The notes under the pieces: model-generated
What the model was told of the DNA's origin: nothing
Databases searched by the model: none
What the model saw: the letters and a program-made list of their open reading frames with translations, nothing else
Shown here: in pieces, positions 25,019 to 34,321 of the stretch
Layout: each line of letters begins with the position of its first letter
Numbering within the stretch: position 1 is the stretch's first letter
Made by a program: the position numbers and the translations under genes
DNA from: a virus
Taxonomy: Duplodnaviria; Caudoviricetes
Direction: 5' to 3' (one strand)
Virus record (IMG/VR): IMGVR_UViG_3300024284_000007
Coordinates: 23,380-87,379 of that record
DNA: 64,000 nt

Positions 25019-25291
25019 TCAGTTGTCATGCTGCAGCGGGCGCTGCATTTCCGCCATCGCGCTGAGCGTTCCCAGGGCATCGGTCCTGGCTTGCTTTACC
25101 ACGGGCAGCCAGAATTCTTCTTCCAGGGACAGCTCGTCTATCAGCCGGGGATGCCAGTCCATGTCCTGGATGAACTTGTCATAGGTCAGCATCCTCTGCG
25201 GGAATCCTTCCGGGAAATCCGGGGCAAATGCCGGGTCCCGGTTCTGGAAATGATGCAGGAAGACCTTGGCTAGCTGCTCGGCTGCTTTTTT
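25019..25291 (-). CDS. Tail assembly chaperone, -1 frameshift extension
   Basis: Slippery A AAA AAG (25291-25285) near the end of the chaperone ORF opens a 90-codon -1 frame with no start codon of its own. Confidence 0.8.
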   Translation of the reverse strand, partial: KKAAEQLAKVFLHHFQNRDPAFAPDFPEGFPQRMLTYDKFIQDMDWHPRLIDELSLEEEFWLPVVKQARTDALGTLSAMAEMQRPLQHDN

Positions 25292-25626
25292 GGGTCCGGG
25301 GTCCCGCGTCCGCCGATCTTGTCCATCAGCGGCTGGACTGCCTCTTCCAGGGCGGCGTAGTCATCAAGGTCCATCACGTCCCCGATGATCACGTCAGCGG
25401 CAGCGAAGGAATTCTGCGCCGGGACGGGGACCGGGTAGCTCCAGGCAGTGATGATCCTGCCGAGCAGGGCATTGCGCATGTCGTTCTGCATCGCCAGGAA
25501 GGACGTGGAATTGCTCGTCTCGCCGATCTGGACTTTCGCCACTTCCTGGACCTCGAAACGGTCCCGGACCTTCAGGTCGGTCCGGTATTCTACCCACGCT
25601 CCCGAGGGCAGTTCAATGCGAGCCAT
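25270..25626 (-). CDS. Tail assembly chaperone
   Basis: Between major tail and tape measure; ends at the slippery site. Confidence 0.85.
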   Translation of the reverse strand: MARIELPSGAWVEYRTDLKVRDRFEVQEVAKVQIGETSNSTSFLAMQNDMRNALLGRIITAWSYPVPVPAQNSFAAADVIIGDVMDLDDYAALEEAVQPLMDKIGGRGTPDPKKQPSS

Positions 25627-25653
25627 TCGCGCTCCTTTTTCCTGTGTTCTTGC

Positions 25654-25698
25654 AGAAAAACGCCCTCCCGGGAATCTTCCGATTTCGAGAGGGCGTTT
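25654..25698 (-). terminator. Intrinsic terminator after the major tail gene
   Basis: AAACGCCCTC...GAGGGCGTTT hairpin followed by TTTTT. Confidence 0.65.
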
Positions 25699-25708
25699 CT
25701 GCGGGGTT

Positions 25709-27079
25709 TTAGTAAGTCGGCGTGCCGTTCACCAGCGTGACCGTGCCCGGCCCGAGTCCTCCGGAACCGCCGATGTCCGCGCTGTTCGCGACACCCTCGA
25801 ACGAGTTCCCGTAGCCGATCAGGACCTTGTTCCGCATGATCTTGGACTTCACGTTCGCCACCTGGTTCGCGTTGAAGGTGAGCGTGAACGGAGTTCCCGA
25901 GTTGGGGATGTTCGCGTTGGTGATGGAGATGCTCATCGGTGCCTGGGCGTTGAGGAGCATCAGGTCCAGCGGGGTCTCCGAGTTAGTCGGGTCCCACTGG
26001 ATCGTGCCGTCCATGGTCAATGGACCCCTGGCGATGACATAGGGAGTCTGCGTTCCCGCGACCAGCCAGTAAACCTGCGTCTGGCGCTTGAAGGAGACAT
26101 TGAACTCCCCGATTCCCGCGTAGCTGCCGGAACTGGAGATGGTATTCCCGGCGACGACAACCGTTGATGCCCAGTTGGGAATGGGGCGGCTGTTGGTGGT
26201 CGTGTTGGTGACCGCCTGCGTCGCCACGGTGGACTGCCAGGAATCGCCGGACATCTTGATTCCCAGGAGCTGCTCGGCGTTCCCGGAGAAGTCAAGGCTC
26301 TTCAGTACGGCGCTGGGATACTGCCGGGCTCCGAACGTGTTCGTCGGGGCAGTGCCGTATGTCGCCGAGGTGAATACATTGACGATGTTGGTCACGTCGG
26401 TGAAAGTGTGCGTCGGCGGCTGAGCGCCGAATGCGCCGCCGTATCCCAGCTGCGAGTTCAGCGCCGCGAAACGGTGCGTGAACTGCGTTCCGGTCGCCAG
26501 GTTAGCGAGCGTGGAACCCGCGATCGTGGACCCGCTGATTACCGAGGGATGCGGGAAGCGGAGCGGTGTACTGGCGAAGTTGACGACGTTGCTCGCGGCG
26601 GTAGAGGAGATCTGGATGACCTCATTCACGTATGACCCGGGAGTCACGGCAGTGGTCGCCGTGCCGATCTGGAGATATGCGCCTGCTGTATATCCGGCGG
26701 GAGGCGCGGCGCTCAGCGTCATCGCGATAGCGCCGATTCCCAGGGTTCCCGTAATTGTCGAAGGAGTCCCGATCGCGCTGCAGGTAGTGGACAGGTCTCC
26801 GAATACGTTATCGAAGAAGTACCCGTGACTGTCGAGGAAGTTAGGTCCCCCGAAGGAAAAGGACGCGGATTCAACGCCGAGGGTCTTGTAGAACAAGTCC
26901 GTCATGCTTCCCCTGATTGCCTTGTCGTCAAGGAATTTCGGGGTGTCCTCGGGCTCGAACTGCGACTGATCGAGGGGATGGGTAATAACAGGGTTGACTA
27001 CCGTACCGACTGTCAGCTCGCGGGCAATTCCGAGCCAGGACAGTACGCCCGGGTAGATGTTGGGGCCACCGAGTGCCAC
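25709..27079 (-). CDS. Major tail tube protein
   Basis: 456 aa, beta-rich, upstream of the chaperones; has an internal Thr/Ala-rich insertion. Confidence 0.8.
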   Translation of the reverse strand: MALGGPNIYPGVLSWLGIARELTVGTVVNPVITHPLDQSQFEPEDTPKFLDDKAIRGSMTDLFYKTLGVESASFSFGGPNFLDSHGYFFDNVFGDLSTTCSAIGTPSTITGTLGIGAIAMTLSAAPPAGYTAGAYLQIGTATTAVTPGSYVNEVIQISSTAASNVVNFASTPLRFPHPSVISGSTIAGSTLANLATGTQFTHRFAALNSQLGYGGAFGAQPPTHTFTDVTNIVNVFTSATYGTAPTNTFGARQYPSAVLKSLDFSGNAEQLLGIKMSGDSWQSTVATQAVTNTTTNSRPIPNWASTVVVAGNTISSSGSYAGIGEFNVSFKRQTQVYWLVAGTQTPYVIARGPLTMDGTIQWDPTNSETPLDLMLLNAQAPMSISITNANIPNSGTPFTLTFNANQVANVKSKIMRNKVLIGYGNSFEGVANSADIGGSGGLGPGTVTLVNGTPTY

Positions 27080-27113
27080 ACAGTCCTTTCTTTGCCCTCA
27101 CGGGCGACAGCCG

Positions 27114-27629
27114 TTATGCGTTGAAGATTTCCCACATGGAAACGGTCATGAGCGCGTCATAGCGCTTGATGCGCTCATCGGCGGTTGATTCAACCCCGAT
27201 CCGGTAGCTGATATCCTCACCGGTATTGTAGATGGTGGAGGTTATCTCGGTACTGGGGTCCGTGATGTACACCGGGTTCGGCATGGAATAGCGCAGCGCG
27301 AACATCACCGCGTCCACCATTCCCGGGAAAACCGGGTCCTGCTGCTTATCTGATCCCGCTGAGAACCAGGTCAGGTAGACATCCATCTTGTGCAGGATGC
27401 CCTTGGTCCCCGAGGAAGTCCCCGGTCCCGTATTGCGGGGAATAGTCCCGCCCAGTTCGGAGGACCGGTTCTCCTCGCCGTCAGAAGGCCAGATGTAGAT
27501 CGCCGGGACCTTCGCCTGGATCCGGGGATCAGGCGGGGTGATGTAGGCTTTCGCGGCAGGCTTCCCGTAAGGCATGGGAAGGTCATCGAGAAGGCTCAGG
27601 AGAAAGGACTGGGCATTGACGATCGGCAC
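27114..27629 (-). CDS. Tail terminator / head-tail joining protein
   Basis: Position just upstream of the major tail gene; GTG start inferred. Confidence 0.6.
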   Translation of the reverse strand: MPIVNAQSFLLSLLDDLPMPYGKPAAKAYITPPDPRIQAKVPAIYIWPSDGEENRSSELGGTIPRNTGPGTSSGTKGILHKMDVYLTWFSAGSDKQQDPVFPGMVDAVMFALRYSMPNPVYITDPSTEITSTIYNTGEDISYRIGVESTADERIKRYDALMTVSMWEIFNA

Positions 27630-27661
27630 AGTTATCCCCTCAGCTTTTATACTAGCATGAA

Positions 27662-27898
27662 TTAAGCTTTCTGCGCCTTTACTGCTTTCACCGGCTTCTG
27701 CGGCGTCACTTTCCCGCCGCCCTGGGGGGCGGTGACATGGTGATTGCCGGGAGCGGCGGTGCGCTTTTTCGCGGCACACTGCCTCGCGTGCGCGGCGGAA
27801 GCCTTCTTCGCTTTTGCCGTGCTGCGCTTCTTCAGCGAGGTAGACCTGCGCTTACCGGCGGCGGACTGCCGCCTGGTCTTGACTGGACCGCAGGACAT
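27662..27898 (-). CDS. Small Lys/Ala-rich basic protein
   Basis: KKRSTAKAKKASAA...PVKAVKAQKA. Confidence 0.6.
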   Translation of the reverse strand: MSCGPVKTRRQSAAGKRRSTSLKKRSTAKAKKASAAHARQCAAKKRTAAPGNHHVTAPQGGGKVTPQKPVKAVKAQKA

Positions 27899-27906
27899 GA
27901 GACCCC

Positions 27907-28897
27907 CTAGATCGTGCGCTTGTACGGATGGCAGAGCAGTTCCGCCTCCGTGGTGAGCCCTACGACGTCGCCGCCAGTGCTCTGGGAGTGACCGCCGATG
28001 TCGTGGATGGTGGTCGTGGTGGCACCCCTGGTCAGCGCCTCGGCGGTGGCGAAGTGGATGCACGCCTGCTCAATACTGGCGGGCAGGGTGGTGATGATCG
28101 TGCCCGCCACGTGCGGGTAGACCAGCGGCGCGGACAGGCTCAGGGTCCCCGGTCCCGCCGCCGCCGACGCGGAGTTCGCGTGGACGGTCTCCTGCTGTCC
28201 GGAGTCCTTGATCACCCCGGTAGCCCCCGTGGTGCCCTGGTAGCTGGTGATGCCCCAGCCGGTGACGTCGCTGACGGACAGGGTGGTCGCGCCAGCGAGA
28301 GCGCTGGAGGTGATCTCCGCGTGCGGGAAGCCGTTGATGTAGCTCACCTGGATGACATAGCCGTTGCGCCCGAAGCACCAGTTGATGAATCCCGGTCCGA
28401 TGATGATCGCCTGCCCGCCGTAGGCGTCGGTGGCAGGCGCGACCGAGTTGAAGATCCCGAACGGGGGGTACTCCGGCTCCGCCCATCCCGTGGGCAAGGT
28501 GGTCCACTGCCGGGGCCACGTGTTGTTGGGGCACACCTGGACCTGGGTGACTTCCAGGATGGGGAAGCGGGAGAGGATAGCCCTGGCATTGGACCCGGTA
28601 TTGTTCCAGTAGGGCGTGCGGGTCGCTCCGCCTGCGCCCGGTCCGACCGTCACCCGGAAATCCGGACCCCGGAGCACCTCGATATCGACGGTGGCTCTCA
28701 GGATCTGGTTGCAATAGCTATCGACCTTGGCAGTGGCTCTCGCGCACATGTTCCACCACTCGGCTTCGTTCTGCGCGGGAGTGATGTCATCTCCTACGGG
28801 AATGCTGGTCCAGTCCTAAATCGATACCCGTAGGAGCAGTCAGGAGCGTCACCGGGGAAATGTACGGTGCTGTGATCAGCGGCATCGGGGTAGTCAT
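27907..28897 (-). CDS. Head-tail adaptor; frame interrupted by a 7-nt insert TTAGGAC (28813-28819)
   Basis: N-part MTTPMPLITAPYISPVTLLTAPTGID starts at an ATGA overlap; the C-part frame continues WTSIPVGDD...MCARATAKV. Confidence 0.75.
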
Positions 28898-29094
28898 CGG
28901 GCATCACCTCCCCTCTTTCTCTCGCATTTGGTGCAGATCCACGCCTCAAGCGCACTGTCCCATACGGAATGCCTCGGGCAGATGTCATCACCGCAAGTGT
29001 CCACGGCGCACTGAGCCCACGGAGCAGCAGTCCTGGCGACACGTCCCCTCTTGGGACCTCCACACCTTCTACAGAGGCCAGGTGCTCTTGACAT
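28894..29094 (-). CDS. Zn-finger-like small protein
   Basis: GAGGTG RBS; CRRC...C...C...C..H...CTKC. Confidence 0.6.
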   Translation of the reverse strand: MSRAPGLCRRCGGPKRGRVARTAAPWAQCAVDTCGDDICPRHSVWDSALEAWICTKCERKRGGDAR

Positions 29095-29104
29095 GCACCA
29101 CCTC

Positions 29105-29491
29105 TTAGCTTTTTTCCAGGTATGCAGCAAGAGCCCGCAACCTGTCCGGATCGTCGTGAGCCCATCCCAGAAGCCTATTGCAGGTATTGCACAAGATGCC
29201 CCTGACGCAGTTCTCACATCCAAATCTTCCAGGGCAGCAAGAATGATCATGGTCCACGCAGAGCTTTTCAAAAGAACCGCAGACTTGACAGCCTTGCGAC
29301 GCTGCGTACCCACGCCAGTAGGCTCTGGTCTTACCGGCGTGGGTTCTCGCATTATCGTGAGGGCGCGTAGCTTCAAGGTAAATCTCATGCGCAGCGCAGC
29401 ATTCTTCGCATCGGCAGCCACGCTTCTTGTATGTAGCGTTCTTGCCGTGACTCCAGACGCCGTTTTTGCAGCCTTCCCGGTGATTGCTCAT
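29105..29491 (+). CDS. Endonuclease VII-family (homing-like) nuclease, antisense in the structural operon
   Basis: CQVC...VDHDHSCC...VRGILCNTCNRLLGWAHDD. Confidence 0.88.
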
Positions 29492-29547
29492 CAGGGATAC
29501 CCTGAATTATCTTGCCTGCACAACCCCGGGGCTCGGCTCATAGGCTC

Positions 29548-29925
29548 CTACGTCTTGTACTCGTAATCCGCGAGGGTGTCCTGGGAAACGGGGGTGAATG
29601 TCACTCTCGGAGGCCAGCTCCACTGACCTTCCTCATCACCCTCATGCCGGGAAGTCGCCCAGAACAGGTCATTGCCGTCGAGGTGGACCTGGAGGTTAAC
29701 GACGTCATGCGGGTTTCCCGGGAATATCCTGACGACTATCGCGGGATAAACCTCACCCGGGCGAACGGGATTCCCGAAATGCCCGACGTGACCGGTAGCC
29801 CCGGGATTGCCGCCCTCGCCGTAAGTGCGGGTGAAAGTCATGTAGTCATGACGCCTGCGGTTGATGTCCTGGGCGTCAGCCTCTGCGATCCGGTACTGGA
29901 CGATGCGTCCTGCCGTGGGAGTCAT
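29548..29925 (-). CDS. Hypothetical phage protein
   Basis: PTAGRIVQY...PAIVVRIF...VNLQVHLDG...WSWPPRV, a recurrent phage motif; ATGA coupling. Confidence 0.7.
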   Translation of the reverse strand: MTPTAGRIVQYRIAEADAQDINRRRHDYMTFTRTYGEGGNPGATGHVGHFGNPVRPGEVYPAIVVRIFPGNPHDVVNLQVHLDGNDLFWATSRHEGDEEGQWSWPPRVTFTPVSQDTLADYEYKT

Positions 29926-30623
29926 ACTGCCACCGGAGTAGTCTCCAGGCGCTCGATGAGCGCGGCTTTGCTGCCCTTGTCGGAGATGCCCGCCGTACGG
30001 CACATCTTCTTCAGGGTGGCGACATGAAGCGCCGTCAGCGAGATAACGCTGTCGTGACCCGGCTCGAACGGGATACTGTCCGCCGGAGCTGTCCCTATTT
30101 CCTTCTGCTTCGCCATGGAGATGCCGCACTCAGCGCAGAACTTGGCTCCGGCGGCGTTGTCGTGACCGGTGGCGCAGACGGTCTTGCCCTCGATGAAATG
30201 AGAGGGAAGCTCGCGCTTCATCATCCACTCGGTCTCGAAGGGGATCTCGGTGCCCGCCGCCCGCAGCGCTGCCAGCGCCTGGATCATCTGGATCTGGTGG
30301 GTGGCACGCTCGGTGCGGACCGCGTTCGTGGCCTGCTCGTCGGGGGTCAGCGGGATGGACTCGGGAGTGGAGGACCAGTGCGGGTCCGCATCGGCGACGC
30401 GCTCCTGCTTGGCGGGGATGCCGAGCTTGGGGTCGCCCGGGGTGGTCTTGAGGATCTGCGGCTTGCGGGCTCCCCGGAGGTAAGCCTCGCAAGAAGGGCA
30501 GTCCAGCTCCCAGTCTTTCGCGGGAGCGCCTCTCACTACGGGTCGGCTGTGCGAGTCGCCGCAGCCTCCGCTCGTGGAGGGAATGGATACGCTCATGAGG
30601 TCAGAGCGTGCGTACAGGGGCAT
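29922..30623 (-). CDS. Protein with Zn ribbons and a C-terminal SAP-like motif
   Basis: CPSC, CATGH...CAEC, LHVATLKKMCRTAGISDKGSKAALIERL. Confidence 0.65.
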   Translation of the reverse strand: MPLYARSDLMSVSIPSTSGGCGDSHSRPVVRGAPAKDWELDCPSCEAYLRGARKPQILKTTPGDPKLGIPAKQERVADADPHWSSTPESIPLTPDEQATNAVRTERATHQIQMIQALAALRAAGTEIPFETEWMMKRELPSHFIEGKTVCATGHDNAAGAKFCAECGISMAKQKEIGTAPADSIPFEPGHDSVISLTALHVATLKKMCRTAGISDKGSKAALIERLETTPVAV

Positions 30624-30634
30624 TGGCAGTCCTT

Positions 30635-30961
30635 TCAGGGAACATATTGCCCGCTCGGTCGTTCGCGGGACATCTGGGATTCCGGGACGGTCTCCGACCC
30701 GCAAGAAGGGCAGGTTCTCGTCCAGGAATGGTGGATGGTATTGCTCGGGCAGTCCGGGCACCATCTTCCTTCAGGTCCTCTTCTCACGAAATGCTTCTCC
30801 GGTCCGGCATCGACAAGTCCTGCCTGGGCGTAGTTGTTGCCCTTCAGCGCCGCCATGTGATGATCGGCGACATCCACGAACGTTCCCGGCTTGGCGACAT
30901 AGCGGGTCCCGTCATCCGCCTTGAATCCCATGCAGCCAGGGGGGAGGTTCACTCTGGTCAT
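30635..30961 (-). CDS. Hypothetical protein with a C-terminal Zn ribbon
   Basis: CPDC...CPSC. Confidence 0.65.
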   Translation of the reverse strand: MTRVNLPPGCMGFKADDGTRYVAKPGTFVDVADHHMAALKGNNYAQAGLVDAGPEKHFVRRGPEGRWCPDCPSNTIHHSWTRTCPSCGSETVPESQMSRERPSGQYVP

Positions 30962-30968
30962 TGCGCTC

Positions 30969-31250
30969 CTATGTGCTGATGATGTAGCTGACGGTCGCGG
31001 TCTGCCCGTTCTGGGTGACGCAGAAATTCAGCCCGCCGCCCTTGGAGATCGCAGTGGTCACGAACGACGTGGGAAGCGCATTAGGCGTCAGCAGGAACCC
31101 CGTGGAGGAGGTGACTCCCGTGGCGGGTCCTACCGCCACGGTCGCGGGACCGATGTTCGCCAGGACGATGCTGCACAGTCCGGCAGGGACGGTGCACAGA
31201 GCTGTGGGGACAGTGTTGTCATAGGACAGCTGCCCGGTGATGATGCTCAT
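30969..31250 (-). CDS. Small beta-rich putative virion decoration protein (paralog family)
   Basis: Shares the V-x-G...VT...G motif with its neighbours. Confidence 0.65.
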   Translation of the reverse strand: MSIITGQLSYDNTVPTALCTVPAGLCSIVLANIGPATVAVGPATGVTSSTGFLLTPNALPTSFVTTAISKGGGLNFCVTQNGQTATVSYIIST

Positions 31251-31828
31251 CAGTTCCCGGTAGAGATAATGAAGCAGAATGACGATGCGGTGCCGTTGCC
31301 GGTCGTGGCGTAGTACGTAGCCCCGCCGACCGAGTTGTAGGCTTCCTGGCTGAGCGGGGTCACCGGGACCGGCATGCCGCTCGCGGCGGTGACCCTCGCC
31401 GATGTCCCGAGGTAGACCGCCTGGGGGGTGGTCGGCTGGTAGAGGGTGAAGTTGCTCAGCCCGGCGGGGAGGATGAATACAGTAACCGTGCTGTTAGCAG
31501 GCACCGTTGCCGTTCCCATGATCACGGACATGATTTTTCTCTGTAACGCCGTAGCAACATAAGTAACTGTCGTACTATTGCCCGTAGCTGCAATGGCATA
31601 CAGGTCCTGTCCGGGATGCAGGTGCACCTGAAATCCGTAAGGAGTAATAGTGCTATACGGATTCCCCTGGAAGAACCCCGTTGATGATGTGACGCCGGAG
31701 TCACCAAAATAGATTGCACATTGCGCGTACAGTGCACTTACTGTAACTTCGGTGATGTGTTCAGAATCTGCGGCGACAATCAAGGCAGGAGCAGAATCCG
31801 TTATACTTACCTGACCATAAGAAAACAT
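31250..31828 (-). CDS. Two tandem paralogous decoration-like units joined through an in-frame TTA
   Basis: Unit 1 is AT-rich (aa 1-94), TTA is codon 95, unit 2 starts MSVIMGT. Confidence 0.6.
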   Translation of the reverse strand: MFSYGQVSITDSAPALIVAADSEHITEVTVSALYAQCAIYFGDSGVTSSTGFFQGNPYSTITPYGFQVHLHPGQDLYAIAATGNSTTVTYVATALQRKIMSVIMGTATVPANSTVTVFILPAGLSNFTLYQPTTPQAVYLGTSARVTAASGMPVPVTPLSQEAYNSVGGATYYATTGNGTASSFCFIISTGN

Positions 31829-31834
31829 GATCCC

Positions 31835-32122
31835 TCACTGATCAGTGACGATGATGTAATTAACGAGTCCAGTGGTTCCGGATGTATTTGCCCCGTAAAG
31901 CGTAGCTCCTCGGGAGGAGACATAGCTTGAAAAGCTTGTGGGAATCGAGTGGCATTGCAATCCGTTCAGCCCGGTCACCGCTGTACTCGTCCCGACTGAT
32001 ACGACATTCGTAGCAGAAGTTGACGAGTTCCAGAACGTGGCATTGCACAACCCGGGAGGAACAGTGAAGAGAGCGATCGTGGATGCGTTCGGCACCGTGA
32101 TCTGCCCCATGACGTAGGTCAT
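31835..32122 (-). CDS. Small beta-rich putative decoration protein (paralog family)
   Basis: VSVGTSTAVTGLNG motif. Confidence 0.65.
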   Translation of the reverse strand: MTYVMGQITVPNASTIALFTVPPGLCNATFWNSSTSATNVVSVGTSTAVTGLNGLQCHSIPTSFSSYVSSRGATLYGANTSGTTGLVNYIIVTDQ

Positions 32123-32137
32123 CTCAGCTTACTCCTT

Positions 32138-32845
32138 TTATACTTTCTCCAGGATCCACTGGACGTCAGGATTGAATTCCTGCCGGACGCGGGAAACGGT
32201 ATTCGACAGATGCATCGCGCGCCATTCCCGGTAGGCGGTGAGATCGGAGCTGCCGCTGGACTCCTCAGCTTCGGCGTAGGTGACGTCACGCTCGGTACCG
32301 GGGGTGACGGTGTAGTGCAGGTGCTCGATGACCGCCTCGGGGACGTACCGGATCAGGTCAGTGCGCTTGCCGATCTCGCTGATGGCGTTGTCGCAGTAGA
32401 AGTGCCTGACTGCGGAGAGCGCGAACCAGCCGAGGAACCTCACGAGGTCGCTGGAGACCGCCCAGATCTCCGGGAAGCCGCTGCGGCGCTTGTCGTCGGG
32501 GTAGACCCACCCCGTGCCGCCCAGGTCTTCCAGGGCGTCCATGAGCGCCTTGTCCCATTGCGGGGTGGTGAACAGGTGATCGTCCCCGACTGTCATGATG
32601 GCATCGAAGTCATCAGCATGCTCCAGCGCGACCCGGTTGAAGATGCCGGTCAGGCAGTCCCTCGGGGAGAGCACCGCGTGCACGGCGGGACCCCAGTCCA
32701 TATCCTCGTAGGAATCGTCGTCGTCGTCGGTGATGAACATCAGGACGGTCTCGTCGGCGGGGTCGCTGTCCGCGAAGGACTTGATCAGCCGGGCTGCCTG
32801 CTCCCGGCGGTTGCGGGTGGGAACCATTACCAGGAGGCTCTTCAT
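32138..32845 (-). CDS. Glycosyltransferase, GT2/GT-A fold
   Basis: VMVPTRNR, TDDDD, VGDD, HFYCDN, VIEHLHY. Confidence 0.85.
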   Translation of the reverse strand: MKSLLVMVPTRNRREQAARLIKSFADSDPADETVLMFITDDDDDSYEDMDWGPAVHAVLSPRDCLTGIFNRVALEHADDFDAIMTVGDDHLFTTPQWDKALMDALEDLGGTGWVYPDDKRRSGFPEIWAVSSDLVRFLGWFALSAVRHFYCDNAISEIGKRTDLIRYVPEAVIEHLHYTVTPGTERDVTYAEAEESSGSSDLTAYREWRAMHLSNTVSRVRQEFNPDVQWILEKV

Positions 32846-33204
32846 GCATCCCTCTCGATCAGCGGCACGGGAAGCCGCACGGTGTCGGATTCGTAGGCTT
32901 CGCCGCTTCGCGGGCCTTTCGTGAAGACCAGGACCCTGGTATCTTCCAGTGCCCGCCAGGCGTGCGGGATGCCCGCAGGCTCCTTCACCAGCTCTCCGGG
33001 ACCATGAACGTCCTCATGGAGCCCGTCATCGGCGACACTGGCGAACAGCATCTTCCCGCTGACGACATACGCCCACTGGACGGTGTTGTGATGAACGTGA
33101 TTACCCCGGACGGCTCCGGCTTTCGTGAAGATCTCGGTAACGGCATCGATCTCGCCCAGGAGGTCCTGGATGACGCCGCGCTCATCCTCGAATCGGTCAG
33201 TCAA
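32842..33204 (-). CDS. Cupin, NDP-sugar epimerase/isomerase-like
   Basis: FEDERGVI, VRGNHVHH, IPHAWRALED. Confidence 0.75.
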   Translation of the reverse strand: MTDRFEDERGVIQDLLGEIDAVTEIFTKAGAVRGNHVHHNTVQWAYVVSGKMLFASVADDGLHEDVHGPGELVKEPAGIPHAWRALEDTRVLVFTKGPRSGEAYESDTVRLPVPLIERDA

Positions 33205-34321
33205 CGATCCTCGCTTCAGGAAGGGGGATGATGAACTTGCCTTCGTAGCCTTTTTCGCGGAGCTTCGGGATCAGGTCATCCGCGATATGCCAGGACAGCA
33301 GGAGGGCGTACTGGGGCTGATCCTCGAAAAGCTTCTTCTCGTCAACGACCGGGATATCCGTGCCGGGAATGCATGTCCCGATCTTCTCGCTGGAAGAGAC
33401 TTCGCAGACATATTCCAGGAAGCCCGCGATATCTGCGTAATTAATCAGCGGGGTAGCGCGGGTGGTTGCCCCGATACCGCAGATGCTCCAGCCGTCCCGC
33501 CATAGCGGCTGCATCAGGTCGAACAGGGCATTGCGGGCTTTCCAGGCACGGGAAGCCAGTTTTCCCTGTTCCTTCACTGCCCAGATGCGGAAAGATCCGC
33601 CGTGAGTGGGGATCTTCTCGATGTCCTCGATGATCAGCCCATGAAAGGCGAGCAGGCGGGACAGGGAGGCTACCGAGTAATAGCGGAGGTGCTCATGGTA
33701 GACGGTATCGATCTGCAGCCCGTTCGCAATGGATGCCCAGTCGTGGTTCTCGGTGACGAAAACGCCGTCGTCGGCAAGCAGGGTCAGCACTCCGGCAAGG
33801 AAGTCATGCGGGTCCGGGACGTGTGCCAGGACATTCGCCGCAGCGATGACTTTCGCCTTGCCATTGTCCCGGCGGATGACCTTCGCGATCTCGGAGGTGA
33901 AGAATTCCTGGTACGTGGCGGTAATGCCCTTACTCAGGCACTTACCCACCTGATTGGTAGGCTCGACGGCTACCGTGGTAAGTGACTTCACCGGGAGCAG
34001 TGACAGGAAAGTGCCGTCATTAGCCCCGATATCCACGACGAGATCATTCATGCACAGCCACGGCTTGACCTTTTCTGCCAGCTCGGCGAAGTGCTCTCGC
34101 ATCGCCCTGGTATTGCCGGTGGCGTAAGGGTGATCCTCCGGGAACATGTCGCGCTGATCCGGGATGTAGCTCAGCTGGACCAGCGTGCAGTTCTCGCACT
34201 TGAGCAGCTTCAGCGGGTATCTCTGCCCGTTATCATGCTCCGCGAGAGGCTGCATGCCCATGTCGAGAACGGGAGCCATGTCCCTCTCCCCGCAGGAGCC
34301 GCAGCGGAGGATCTCAGCCAT
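33197..34321 (-). CDS. NDP-hexose C-methyltransferase (class I SAM, Zn-binding N-terminus)
   Basis: CGSC...LDMGMQPLA...CENCTLVQL, DIGANDG, NVLAHV, DTVYHEH, THGGS, GIGATT. Confidence 0.88.
   Translation of the reverse strand: MAEILRCGSCGERDMAPVLDMGMQPLAEHDNGQRYPLKLLKCENCTLVQLSYIPDQRDMFPEDHPYATGNTRAMREHFAELAEKVKPWLCMNDLVVDIGANDGTFLSLLPVKSLTTVAVEPTNQVGKCLSKGITATYQEFFTSEIAKVIRRDNGKAKVIAAANVLAHVPDPHDFLAGVLTLLADDGVFVTENHDWASIANGLQIDTVYHEHLRYYSVASLSRLLAFHGLIIEDIEKIPTHGGSFRIWAVKEQGKLASRAWKARNALFDLMQPLWRDGWSICGIGATTRATPLINYADIAGFLEYVCEVSSSEKIGTCIPGTDIPVVDEKKLFEDQPQYALLLSWHIADDLIPKLREKGYEGKFIIPLPEARIVD

Noticed and set aside
25285-25291. The -1 frameshift as a novelty
   Set aside because: It is real but is the ordinary tail-chaperone frameshift; listed under features.
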